From: Nitrospinaceae bacterium
GTDB lineage: Bacteria > Nitrospinota > Nitrospinia > Nitrospinales > Nitrospinaceae
NCBI GenBank assembly: GCA_965237905.1
Contig: OZ250172.1
Coordinates: 1,472,001 to 1,536,000, forward strand
Length of the DNA: 64,000 bases
Reading direction: 5' to 3'
The notes below the pieces were generated by a model. The model did no database searches. It was not told the DNA's origin and saw only the letters and a program-made list of their open reading frames with translations. How positions within the stretch are numbered: position 1 is the first letter of the stretch; each line of letters opens with the position of its first letter. The translations under genes were made by a program, and so were the position numbers. Of this stretch, positions 1 through 9,655 are shown piece by piece.

Positions 1-111
1 CAGCGAACTGAAGGCATCACTCTTTCTGAGGATCTCAATTTCAGTCTCTTCCTCTGAATGCTCAGTAATGGGCTGGACTTCCAACTGCTCCTGCGAATCC
101 TGATTCGGCAT
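1..111 (-). CDS. Partial acidic hypothetical protein running off the window edge, probably island cargo
   Basis: Hand translation from ATG at 111: MPNQDSQEQLEVQPITEHSEEETEIEILRKSDAFSSL, open to position 1; lies in the AT-rich segment. Confidence 0.45.
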   Translation of the reverse strand, partial: MPNQDSQEQLEVQPITEHSEEETEIEILRKSDAFSSL

Positions 112-342
112 TCCAATTATTCCTATCTTGTTGTCTAATAACCGTTTCTACCACTGACTTTTTAGTATAAGGGCAAAGTTTGAAAAATGAACACACTCGT
201 ATGGATTTTTTAGCATTATAGATGAATCTACATTATCTCGATACTGTGCGGCATCGATCTTCCCCTTTGAGGCGGCTCAGGTATTTAGGAATTAAAGCTG
301 AATCCCTTATAAAATAAGGAGATATGTTCCGGTTGTCAGGTA

Positions 343-363
343 TTCAAATCCCCCCAGTTCCAC
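343..363 (+). mobile_element. Putative att site: duplicated 3' end of tmRNA (or tRNA-Ala)
   Basis: TTCAAATCCCCCCAGTTCCAC resembles T-loop, T-stem 3' strand, acceptor strand and discriminator A of ssrA; no 5' half upstream; composition changes here. Confidence 0.5.
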
Positions 364-469
364 TCTTCACTATGGGTAAAATCCTACCCTTATTAGAATC
401 CTTTATTTAGCCCTCGCCATCTTACTTGCCTGAACCTTATCGTTAAAAAAACAGGACCTATCGCTTTTC

Positions 470-1954
470 ATGAACACACTGGAAAATTTCGATTGGGCCC
501 ATTCCTTTTTTGAATTGGGGCCGGATTTTTTTGAGGCCAAAGCACCCGTTCCCGTGGCGGCCCCCTATCTCATCGATGGCAACCCTGATGCAGCGGCGCT
601 CATCGGGTTGGACCCGGCGGAATTCGAGCGCAAAGAATTTGTCGAATATTTTTCCGGCAACCTCCCCATGCCGGGAACGCAACCGCTGGCAATGGATTAC
701 TCCGGACATCAATTCGGATCGTACAATCCGCGCCTGGGAGACGGGCGGGGTCTCCTGCTGGGCGCTCTCGGAAACGGATCGGGACGCCCTTGGGACGTCT
801 ACCTGAAAGGTTGCGGTCCGACACGATTCGCCCGCGGGTTCGATGGCCGCGCCACTCTACGCGCCTCCATCCGGGAATACCTGGGCGGCGAGGCGGTGCA
901 TGGGCTGGGCATCCCGACGACGCGGTCGCTGGCGGTGATCGGCATCGGTGAACTGGTATACCGGGAGACGCCGCAACCGGGCGCTCTGCTGGTGCGGTTG
1001 AGTGACACGCATGTCCGATTCGGCAGTTTCGAAAATTTTCACTACACCAACCGCCCGGAAGCCGTCACCCGATTGGCCGACTTTGTGATCCAACATCATT
1101 ACCCTGAAATCGAAAACGAAGCCAACAAATATCAACTGCTGTTCCGAAGCGTAATGCACAAAACGGCGCGGCTGATCGCCTTATGGCAATCGGTGGGATT
1201 CATCCACGGCGTGATGAATACCGACAACATGACCCTCACCGGCGCAACGTTCGACTACGGCCCCTTCGGATTCATGGACCGGTTCAATCCCGACTTCACC
1301 CCCAACCATACCGACGGGCACGGCCGCTATGCGTTCGGGCGGCAGGCGGAAATCGGCCACTGGAATCTCGCCAAGCTGGGTGAAACGCTGACGCATTTGA
1401 TCACACCGGAAATCATCACCCAGGAATTGGAACAATACCAGCCGACGTTCAATCGAATTTACAATGAGCTCATGGGCCAAAAGCTGGGCCTCGAGATTTT
1501 GGACTCGGAGTTCACCACCCTGGTGGGAATCCTGTTCCATGTCCTTTATCAAAACCAGGTGGACTACACCCTGTTCTTTCGGAACCTGTCCGCTTTTCCG
1601 GGGGAAGTGCCGGCGACCCTGCGACGGGGATTCAACAATCCCAAAGACCTCGATTCCTGGCTGGATATGTACCGTAAGTTGATCGAGCGGGAAGACCCCG
1701 ACCTCGATGAAAGAAAAGAAGCCATGAACCGGATCAATCCCAAGTTCATCCTGAGAAATTATCTGTTGGAACGTGCCATCAACAAAGCATTGAAGCAAGC
1801 CGATTACTCGGAAGTGGAACGACTGCGCATTCTCCTGCAGGACCCTTACAACGATCGGCCCGAAATTTTTAGCCAGTACGGCATCGATCCCGAATTGTAT
1901 GCCGCCGAAACCCCGGAATCGCACATGGAAATGCGCCTCAGTTGCTCCGCCTAA
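470..1954 (+). CDS. selO: Protein adenylyltransferase SelO (YdiU)
   Basis: YSGHQFG, LGDGRG, LKGCGPT, DGRA.LRASIREYL, GFIHGVMNTDN, DYGPFGF, NPKFILRNYL; C-terminal SCSA. Confidence 0.95.
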   Translation: MNTLENFDWAHSFFELGPDFFEAKAPVPVAAPYLIDGNPDAAALIGLDPAEFERKEFVEYFSGNLPMPGTQPLAMDYSGHQFGSYNPRLGDGRGLLLGALGNGSGRPWDVYLKGCGPTRFARGFDGRATLRASIREYLGGEAVHGLGIPTTRSLAVIGIGELVYRETPQPGALLVRLSDTHVRFGSFENFHYTNRPEAVTRLADFVIQHHYPEIENEANKYQLLFRSVMHKTARLIALWQSVGFIHGVMNTDNMTLTGATFDYGPFGFMDRFNPDFTPNHTDGHGRYAFGRQAEIGHWNLAKLGETLTHLITPEIITQELEQYQPTFNRIYNELMGQKLGLEILDSEFTTLVGILFHVLYQNQVDYTLFFRNLSAFPGEVPATLRRGFNNPKDLDSWLDMYRKLIEREDPDLDERKEAMNRINPKFILRNYLLERAINKALKQADYSEVERLRILLQDPYNDRPEIFSQYGIDPELYAAETPESHMEMRLSCSA

Positions 1955-1980
1955 CCGGACTACGTCCGGAGGAAACTTTT

Positions 1981-2008
1981 CCCCCTTGTAAAGGGGGCCG
2001 GGGGGATT
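1981..2008 (-). repeat. REP-like palindromic repeat, copy 1
   Basis: Reverse complement AATCCCCCCGGCCCCCTTTACAAGGGGG; matches copies at 14399 and 60046. Confidence 0.75.
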
Positions 2009-2021
2009 CTTCCGCATTGTT

Positions 2022-2041
2022 ACCCTGAGCTTGTCGAAGGG
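2022..2041 (+). repeat. Second REP-like element ACCCTGAGCTTGTCGAAGGG
   Basis: Resembles a widespread intergenic repeat type; single copy in this window, next to copy 1. Confidence 0.4.
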
Positions 2042-2101
2042 GGCGTCCTGATTTAAAATAATGGGAGAGATTCAATACTATGGTTTGCCGGGAGAACCCA
2101 C

Positions 2102-2758
2102 ATGAATGAAGCTTTCAATCCGTCACGCAGAAGCTTTGTGAAAAGCTCTCTTGCGTTGGGGACGTTAATGGCCGCCGAATTTTTAAAACCCGCATCCGTA
2201 CTCGCGGCTTGTGCCCCCACGCCACCGGAAACCGAGGGACCGTTTTATCCTCTCAACTTTCCATTGGACAATGATAACGATCTTACATTCTTAAAGAATC
2301 AATCCCAAAAAGCGCAAGGAGAAGTCATCTGGGTCCAGGGCCGGGTTCAGGACGAAGCCTGTCAACCGGTTCCCGGAGCTTTGGTGGAAATCTGGCAGGC
2401 GTGTACTACGGGACGATACAATCATCCGGGCGACCGTAATCCCGCGAAACTGGACCCGAACTTTCAATACTGGGGAAAAGCCATCACCAATGAAAAGGGG
2501 GAATACGGATTTAAAACCATCAAGCCGGGCTCCTATCCGGCCAGCCGGTTTTGGACCCGCCCGCCCCATATCCACTTTAAGATACACTCACGCAGTCACT
2601 CCGAGTTGACCACTCAAATGTATTTTGCCGGAGAACCGCTCAATCACAAAGACCGGCTGTTCCGGGACCACCCTCCGGAAGAACAAGCGCAATGCCTCGT
2701 CTCCTTCCGCAAGGTGAAGAATGTTCCTGTAGGAACCTTCAATCTAACTTTGAAATAA
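2102..2758 (+). CDS. Intradiol ring-cleavage dioxygenase (protocatechuate 3,4-dioxygenase family) with Tat signal
   Basis: SRRSFVK Tat motif; EGPFYP, VEIWQA..GRY, TIKPGSY, RPPHIH, LTTQMYF. Confidence 0.9.
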   Translation: MNEAFNPSRRSFVKSSLALGTLMAAEFLKPASVLAACAPTPPETEGPFYPLNFPLDNDNDLTFLKNQSQKAQGEVIWVQGRVQDEACQPVPGALVEIWQACTTGRYNHPGDRNPAKLDPNFQYWGKAITNEKGEYGFKTIKPGSYPASRFWTRPPHIHFKIHSRSHSELTTQMYFAGEPLNHKDRLFRDHPPEEQAQCLVSFRKVKNVPVGTFNLTLK

Positions 2759-2832
2759 TTGCAGTGAAGAGGCGGTGGGCGAAGCTGATACGCCAAAGAC
2801 AGAATCCCTGCCACCCTACCAGAAAAACTGGT

Positions 2833-4808
2833 TCAGGAAGGGCTTTGAAGCCAGGATTGGATTTCGGTCTTGAGACGAGCTTCTTCCTCTGAGGTGATGC
2901 CTTGGGGATCGAACCGTTGCCGATTGTGAAGCGCAATGACCTCCGCCAACCCGTTAACGGGGGCTTCCGGATGTTCGCGGTGGATGCGACGCAACCAATG
3001 GGAATAAGTTTCCCATTCCTCCCGCGCGAATCCCAATTGATTGAGTTTGTTCTCGATCAAATTAAAATCCGATGCCATCACCCGGTACAGGGGGATGGAA
3101 GAAGTTTTACCTGTTTGCGCCCTCTGCCTGGCCCGCCGCGTCCGTGAAACAATACGCCAGACTAAAAACAGGATGGGAGGGATGAGTATCCACACCAGGT
3201 ATTGCCGGAAGCCCTCATCTTCCGTTCCCCACCGGAAATGGGAAAACCATAATCCCAGTTGTGACCAGACATCGGAAATCACTTCAAGCGGTGAAGCCTC
3301 TTCCTCCTGCCGGTCAATCCAGGTCGAGGGCGTGGTGTCGAAGTTCTGCCATTGGCCGTTGACGTAGGCGATGACCCAGGAATGCGCGTCGCGCGACCGG
3401 ACCACCAGATTTTCCTGTATCCAGTTGTACTCGTGCGCGGAATAGCCGAAAGCATAACGCGCCGGGATTCCCGCCTGCCGTAACAGCAAAACCGTCGCTG
3501 TCGCAAAATATTCACAGTGGCCTTTGCGGGTCCGCGTTAAAAAATCTACCAGCGGTGGGACATTATTATTCTCACGGATCAGTTTCAGCGAATAGGAGAA
3601 ATTATCTTCAAAGTATTGGTCGACGGTTTTTAAAATCTCGCCGGGAGGTTTGCGGGCCAGTTTCAGGTTATGAACAATATTCCGGAGAACCGGTTGCAGT
3701 TTCCACGGAACTTTCAAATCCCCATCTTTGGGCGCTGCGTTGCGGGAAACGCTGGGATGCACGGCCACCTGGTACTCGATAAACTCCGGACCTTTTTCCA
3801 CCTGGACAGCGCCCAATGGGTTGTATTTCAGATTCAGGACTGGCAGGTTTGTAAACTGAAACGTCTGATTGGGGCAAGGAGCATTCCCTTGCCCTTATTG
3901 AGATCCATCGACACCCGGATTATTTTTTCCGCCTCAAGATTTTTCTCAAATGTCCATTGATCTTCCGAGGATGAGGTGAGGTTTATGAATTTCGATTGCA
4001 CGGCATACCAGACGGAATCTTTATAAACATTATAAGTGGACTGAGGCAGAAGCGTTTTCTTGAGGTGGCCTTTCTCATAGTCGACATAAAAAAGAATGGC
4101 ATCGTCCATTTTGAGTTCCACAATTTCACCGATCGCCGTTCGCGCCCAGAAGGGGCTCTGATCGCCTTGAAATCGCTTGGACAGCCAATCGATCACCTGC
4201 GCGTCGACATAGTTTCTCAATTTGAACAATCCCTGCCCTCCCCAAAATCCGATCAGGACAATAAGACTTAATGAGGCGGACCAGGTGATCCAGGAAAACC
4301 GTCTGGAACGTACGCCCCAGAGAGCCCAGGAGGACAGCAGGCACATGCCCCAATAAAACCACATATTCTTTACGCCAACCGCACACGCGGCTAATATACA
4401 AACGACTAAATAGGGATAGAGACTGTCCATCGTTTTGACGGGTGAATCATTGTTCGGGCTCTCTTTTTCCCGGTAAAAAATTTTGAAGCTAACCGTCGGA
4501 ATTTTACCTTCCGCACTGTATAACTGGGCAGCCACCATCGGTGCGAGCACCAGGGGAATCCATTGCAGAACCACGTAGATGGACCCCAGACCTTTATTGG
4601 AAATATAAATGGTGACGATGAGAATGACAAAAGCCAACAGGCACAAGTTCCAAACGCGATGGAATTCCAGAGCGGATAATTCAAAACGAGGAGACAGAAA
4701 ACGAGAGCCCTCCAGAGTCAGCGCCAGAAATGTTGCAAAGATTATTTGATCCGCCTGCCAGCCCCAGAACAGCAAGGCCATCGCCAAAAGAAGAGGAGGA
4801 GTTTTCAT
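2833..4808 (-). pseudogene. Membrane transglutaminase-like protein (TgpA-type), split by a 1-bp frameshift into ORFs 3834..4808 and 2833..3816
   Basis: N-half has TM helices; C-half has GHCEYFA, GIPARY, DAHSWV, FDTTP; one extra base at GGGG 3871-3874 restores a 658-aa ORF. Confidence 0.8.
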
Positions 4809-6154
4809 AGGCTCTTCAGTCCTTCTTCAATGTGACCCACTGCCAGCACATGAAAGTGATCGGCCTGATTTTTCATGGGTCCCGGATCGATTTCCAACTC
4901 TTCTCCATTCTCTACAATCACGAAAACCTTCAAAGGAACATTGAGGGACTGGAGGTGGCCGACCAGTTGTTGCCGCGGTTCGTCCCAGCTCAAAAAGACG
5001 CAGATACTCCCGCTTAACAGAGCGGAGCGCGACATGACGAGTCTGCTCAGGACGTCAAACGATTGATCCTTGCTATTTTTCACGCTGGCCAGGATTTCCA
5101 GAATCTTATCCGTATGCCCCAGGCTTCGCCCGGTGGTGAAGCAATAGGACTCCGTTCCCACAAACATCAGGTCGAGCAGGGATTCACCCAGATCGATATT
5201 GGCAGAGAAAGAGGCCGCCACTGAAACCGCCTCTTCAAATACAGGAGAATTGGTCGGCGTGAACGTATCCAGAATGAGTGCGTAGCGCGAAAGATATTCA
5301 TTCTGATACTGCTTGACCACCGGTTGTCCCACCTTGGCCCAGCTTTTCCAGTGAATCGTGCGCAAGGGATCTCCCGGCCGGTAATCCCGCAGTGAAACAA
5401 ATTCTTCCGAGTCGCCAACGTGAGAAGCCAGCGCAACGCCTTTCTGGTTATGCTTGCGGCTACCGAGGAATGGCAAGTCTGGAGTTCTGTACATTTTAGG
5501 AATCACCAAAAGGGACTCCTCGCAAGGGACCGTGACGGCGGAACGGTATAGGCCCAGCGGATCCGGGCGGATAATGTCCATACCAATCAACCGCATGTAA
5601 CCTCTTTTTAAAGGAGTGAAGGTATTTTCGATTTCCAATTTTTTTTGCGGGAGCAGGTCGGGCAGGTTTTTATCCGGGATATCCGCACTGACTTCCTTAA
5701 ACAATTGTATGCGTAGAACGTCCTGCTCCATGATTTGCCGGATTTTGTTCCTGCCGGGCTGCGGAGACAATGTCAGGAGCTTGAATTGTGCAAACGAAGG
5801 TCTGGTGTCCTTCAATTTTTCGACAAGGGTCAATCCGGTTTGGAGTTTTCCCGTCTGGTTTTCAATGAAACATTTATAGGAAACCGGTTGTCCAACGGTG
5901 ACTATTCGCGGAAGCCGGCGTTGCACTCGTATTCGGACGGAAAAAAAATAACTGCAGGCCAGCGCAAATAAAGAAATCAGAAACAGGAAAGGGGCGATCT
6001 GGTAGGCGAGAGTTTTGTTGGGGGTCCAGGCCAGCGATCCGGTAAACATAAGACTCAGCACGACCAGTTTTCCGGCCGGAGTCAGCCGGGACTTGATCCA
6101 CCCGACCAGCGAATAATACCCGCGCATAAAACGGTACTGAATGCGATCATACAT
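4805..6154 (-). CDS. DUF58 domain protein
   Basis: EFVSLRDYRPGDPLRTIHWKSWAK; FEEAVSVAAS; between moxR and the transglutaminase. Confidence 0.92.
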   Translation of the reverse strand: MYDRIQYRFMRGYYSLVGWIKSRLTPAGKLVVLSLMFTGSLAWTPNKTLAYQIAPFLFLISLFALACSYFFSVRIRVQRRLPRIVTVGQPVSYKCFIENQTGKLQTGLTLVEKLKDTRPSFAQFKLLTLSPQPGRNKIRQIMEQDVLRIQLFKEVSADIPDKNLPDLLPQKKLEIENTFTPLKRGYMRLIGMDIIRPDPLGLYRSAVTVPCEESLLVIPKMYRTPDLPFLGSRKHNQKGVALASHVGDSEEFVSLRDYRPGDPLRTIHWKSWAKVGQPVVKQYQNEYLSRYALILDTFTPTNSPVFEEAVSVAASFSANIDLGESLLDLMFVGTESYCFTTGRSLGHTDKILEILASVKNSKDQSFDVLSRLVMSRSALLSGSICVFLSWDEPRQQLVGHLQSLNVPLKVFVIVENGEELEIDPGPMKNQADHFHVLAVGHIEEGLKSL

Positions 6155-6191
6155 AATACCTTCTTGATCCGTCTTGAACGGTCGGCGACCC

Positions 6192-7142
6192 TCAGGCGGG
6201 CGAGGGCACGGTTTTTAAAATATTTTCGACGGCTCCCACGGCGGTAACGCCTGAATATTTCGCCTGGGCATCCATGACCAGCCGATGCGCCACGGCGGAT
6301 ACGGCGAGCTCTTGCACGTGATCGGGCGTTACAAATTCCTTGCCTTCCGCCAAAGCCATCGCTTGCGCCGCCTTCATCAACACCAAAGAAGCGCGGGGAC
6401 TGGCACCCATTTGCACACCTTCCGCGCCGCGCGTGGCGGAAATCAATTCGACGATATACCGTTTGATGTCCTCGCTGACCCGCACGCTCTTGGCCTGTTG
6501 TTTGAGATCGAAAATCTGAGGAAGGGACACACAACTTTTTAGGTTCGCCAGCGGGTGTTGTTCAATCTGATCTCCCAGGATTTGGGCTTCCTCTTCGGGC
6601 GAAACATAGCCCAGGCCGAAATGAAAACCAAAGCGGTCCATCTGCGCTTCCGGCAAAGGATAAGTGCCGGCGCTTTCGACCGGGTTCTGGGTAGCAATGA
6701 CGAAAAACAAATCTCCCAGGTTGCACATCTTGCCTTCAATGGTCACGCTGCCTTCCCCCATGGCCTCCAGCAGGGCCGATTGCGTCCGGGGCGAAGCACG
6801 GTTGATCTCATCGGCCAGCAGAATATTCGTAAAAACCGGCCCCTCATGAAAATGAAATTTCTGATCGCTTTGATCGAACACCGAAACGCCCGTGATGTCC
6901 GACGGCAGAAGGTCGGGGGTGAATTGCAGTCGCGTGAACTTGACGTCAATCGACAGCGCCAGGGCCTTGGCCAATGTGGTCTTGCCGGTGCCGGGATTGT
7001 CCTCCAACAGAACATGGCCGCCGCTGATCAAAGCAATCAACAGTTTCTGAATGGAATGCGTCTGCCCTCGGATCACCGTTTCAATATTGGCGACAATTTT
7101 TTGAACCAACTCCTGGGCCATAGGCATTGTGTCTGTTTTCAT
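6192..7142 (-). CDS. moxR: MoxR-family AAA+ ATPase
   Basis: GHVLLEDNPGTGKT, QFTPDLLPSDITG, LLADEINRASPRTQSALLEAM, ATQNP, PLPEAQMDRF. Confidence 0.95.
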   Translation of the reverse strand: MKTDTMPMAQELVQKIVANIETVIRGQTHSIQKLLIALISGGHVLLEDNPGTGKTTLAKALALSIDVKFTRLQFTPDLLPSDITGVSVFDQSDQKFHFHEGPVFTNILLADEINRASPRTQSALLEAMGEGSVTIEGKMCNLGDLFFVIATQNPVESAGTYPLPEAQMDRFGFHFGLGYVSPEEEAQILGDQIEQHPLANLKSCVSLPQIFDLKQQAKSVRVSEDIKRYIVELISATRGAEGVQMGASPRASLVLMKAAQAMALAEGKEFVTPDHVQELAVSAVAHRLVMDAQAKYSGVTAVGAVENILKTVPSPA

Positions 7143-7224
7143 AGAATCCTTCCGCTGGAAAACACAAATCGGCTCGCCGCCTTTTCAAAATCCATAAGCC
7201 ACCACTTAATATAATGATGCTTTT

Positions 7225-7253
7225 AGTGTAAGGGGTTCGACCGGGCGGGTCAA
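7225..7253 (-). promoter_or_regulatory. Sigma70 promoter of the moxR operon
   Basis: TTGACC-17 nt-TACACT on the minus strand. Confidence 0.6.
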
Positions 7254-7333
7254 TTCAGGATAGGTCCAAATGGGTCCGGGAATTATTGCCCCAGCCCTTT
7301 TAGAGGTGCAAAGTGATATCCTATTATCAGTGA

Positions 7334-7537
7334 ATGAGTCGGCTATCCACCCAAATAAGTGTGGTCGCCGTGGTGCCGTTGATCAATGCCGGACACACCG
7401 GCGGGGAGCTGGTCTACAAGTATGGCGCGGCGATGGCTCACCTGTCGCCGGAACACAAAACCGCGATCCAGTCCGGAAAGATTCTGGAACCCCCTGAAAA
7501 GGGAGAACACGAAAATGACCACGATAAAGACGATTGA
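7334..7537 (+). pseudogene. C-terminal remnant of a DUF2231-like membrane protein
   Basis: AGHTGGELVYKYGAAM resembles the DUF2231 terminal motif, with a His/Asp tail; upstream TM region absent. Confidence 0.45.
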
Positions 7538-7605
7538 GAACAAACTGTCGTGTGAGCAGGTGGGTTATCGACTACCACGCTAAACTTTCCCGCCACATGT
7601 GATTC

Positions 7606-8151
7606 TTATTTAAACGAGGTTTTGAACAAGTCGGCAATGGCTTGTTTGCCGGCATCGTTGAGGAAACGGGTGCCGGTGCCGGCGATGTGCCGTTTCTGGA
7701 TTTTAGGATTGCCTTTCTCCCATTTGTCTCCGTTCCACCAGTGCCATTGCTTTTCATCCTGATCGAACACGTGCAGAGGTTTGTTGCACAGCTTGGCGAA
7801 TTCCGCGCCCCAGCCGGTGCCGCCTTTGACCGTATCGTCTTCCAGAATTTTACCGACGACAAAGACTTCTTCTGCGCTGTTGATCTGGTGCCAGATGCAC
7901 TGCAGAACTTTCTTCAAGAGCGGTCCCTGGGTATAGGACCGGTGCATCAGTTTGGAAACGTAGGACAGGCTGACATCGCCATGCAATAATTCTTCCTGGG
8001 TCAAGTGACGCAGGCCGCGCTGGCGGGCGTCCTGATGCCCCTCGAAGGTGAAATTGACTTCTTCCATCCCGGCCTTTTCGGCCGCCGCACCGAATTCCGC
8101 TTCGGCCCCCTTTGCCCCGCCGCTGAATAACGTACACTCTTCCGCTTTCAT
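7606..8151 (-). CDS. Conserved hypothetical protein, possible SLOG-like nucleotide-binding fold
   Basis: SGGAKGAE, GGTGWG, AGTGTR motifs; SD GAGGAG. Confidence 0.65.
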   Translation of the reverse strand: MKAEECTLFSGGAKGAEAEFGAAAEKAGMEEVNFTFEGHQDARQRGLRHLTQEELLHGDVSLSYVSKLMHRSYTQGPLLKKVLQCIWHQINSAEEVFVVGKILEDDTVKGGTGWGAEFAKLCNKPLHVFDQDEKQWHWWNGDKWEKGNPKIQKRHIAGTGTRFLNDAGKQAIADLFKTSFK

Positions 8152-8351
8152 GCCATTCTCCTCAATGCCGCCGGGAAATCTTCCCGCGGGAATCTTTAAT
8201 GTGAGTTACTAAGTTAGGGGAAAATCTCCCTCAGATCAAGTTGATATCGATGAATTGTCTTCGTAGGCTCAAAAAACTGGAGAATATTCCCGTTTCCCTT
8301 TAAACTGGATACTCGGAGTCGGTTAACGGCCAATTTGGAAATCTTCCAAAT

Positions 8352-8500
8352 GGGTACCGGGTCAGCCTCTCCGCTTGGTCTGAACAACCTTGGGTTCAAT
8401 TCCCACGAGGATCAAGTCCGGGAGGCCGGCGATTTCCGCACCACCGGCCCGGCCCTGCGGGTTAAGACCCCCGCCGGTTCGTTGGGGCCTCCCGGTTTGA
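8352..8500 (+). ncRNA. Candidate structured RNA or 5' leader upstream of the slipin gene
   Basis: GC-rich nested stems: CTTGGTC/GATCAAG enclosing T-arm-like TGGG-TTCAATT-CCCA; CCGGGAGGCC/GGCCTCCCGG enclosing further hairpins. Confidence 0.5.
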
Positions 8501-8523
8501 TTCCAAATTTCAGGAGAAGGATT

Positions 8524-9291
8524 ATGGATTTTTGGATGTTACTGGCTGGCATCATTTTCGGTTTTTTGGGTATTTATATATTCAGAAAAACCTTCAAGAA
8601 AATTGTGATCAGGGAATATGAATCCGGAATGCTTTACAAAAACGGAAAATTCAAAAAATTATTAGGCGCCGGTCGATTCTGGATCAACGGTTGGAGCACC
8701 GAGATTACCCGCGTTGACAGCAGACTTAAAACCGAGACCATCCCCGGACAGGAAGTGTTGACGCAAGATCAGGTCGGCCTGAAAGTCAGCATTGGTATTC
8801 AATACCAAATAGAAAATCCGGAAAAGGCGCTCCATATTTCTGAGTCTTATTATAGCGATCTTTATCAAACCGCACAGTTAGCCCTTCGGTCGATTGTGGG
8901 GAATCAAAAAATTGAGGAGTTGTTGGAAAATCGTTCCGCGATAGGCACCGCCCTTTTGGAAATGGTTGTGCCGGACGCCGAAAAAATCGGATTAAAAATT
9001 CACAGGATCGACGTCAAGGACATCATGTTCCCCGGTGATTTGAAAAAGATTTTTGCCGAGGAAGTAAAAGCCCGCAAAGAGTCACAAGCGGCGGTGGAAC
9101 GCGCGCGTGGTGAATCCGCCTCTTTGCGGAACCTGGCCAACGCCGCTAAGATGCTAGAGAACAATCCCGCCCTCATGGATTTACGGGTTCTGCAAGCATT
9201 GTCCAGCAGTGGTGACAATGGCGGGAATATTTTTATCACCCGCCTGCCCCGTGGTATGGGTAAAAAAGACAACTCTTCATCTGATTCTTAA
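8524..9291 (+). CDS. SPFH/Band 7 (slipin) family protein
   Basis: N-terminal TM; GQEVLTQDQV, LRSIVG, VKDIMFPG, ERARGESASLRNLANAAKM; SD AGGAG before ATG 8524. Confidence 0.92.
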   Translation: MDFWMLLAGIIFGFLGIYIFRKTFKKIVIREYESGMLYKNGKFKKLLGAGRFWINGWSTEITRVDSRLKTETIPGQEVLTQDQVGLKVSIGIQYQIENPEKALHISESYYSDLYQTAQLALRSIVGNQKIEELLENRSAIGTALLEMVVPDAEKIGLKIHRIDVKDIMFPGDLKKIFAEEVKARKESQAAVERARGESASLRNLANAAKMLENNPALMDLRVLQALSSSGDNGGNIFITRLPRGMGKKDNSSSDS

Positions 9292-9296
9292 ATTTG

Positions 9297-9635
9297 TTAG
9301 TCCTTCTCCGCGCAGGGGACGCAGAGGGTGGCTTCGGGCATGAGGACAATACGGCCGGGCGGGATGGGGGTGTCACAACCCACGCAGAGTCCAAAATCGG
9401 GTTGATCCACTTTGCCGAGCGCCGTTTCCAACCGGGACAGTTTGTGCCGGGCGGCGTTGAGCGAGGCTTCACTGACGGCGCGGTCGTTCAATGCCTCCAT
9501 GCGGGAGAGTCGCCCAATGGCATTGTCCGGCGCAACCGGCTTCGAGGTTTCGGCCAGACTGGCGATCAGTGTCTTCTGCGCCTCGATGGCCTCCTCAATA
9601 TTTTGCTTCAACTCTCGTCTCTCTACTGTATTCAT
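9297..9635 (-). CDS. TraR/DksA C4-type zinc finger protein
   Basis: PDNAIGRLSRMEA; FGLCVGC...LCVPC. Confidence 0.88.
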   Translation of the reverse strand: MNTVERRELKQNIEEAIEAQKTLIASLAETSKPVAPDNAIGRLSRMEALNDRAVSEASLNAARHKLSRLETALGKVDQPDFGLCVGCDTPIPPGRIVLMPEATLCVPCAEKD

Positions 9636-9655
9636 ACTGGAATTGTACTCTTCAT

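Noticed and set aside
1940..1975. Selenocysteine or SECIS at the SelO C-terminus
   Set aside because: The protein ends SCSA with a TAA stop and has no in-frame TGA; the following hairpin is a simple palindrome
8391..8405. tRNA gene
   Set aside because: Only a T-arm-like hairpin; no acceptor stem, D arm or anticodon arm in tRNA spacing
8335..8523. N-terminal extensions in the ORF track (slipin; likewise csp, both pilins, GT2, MTAP, TIGR00341)
   Set aside because: Downstream ATGs have better SD sequences or match family N-termini; several extensions overlap promoters or structured leaders
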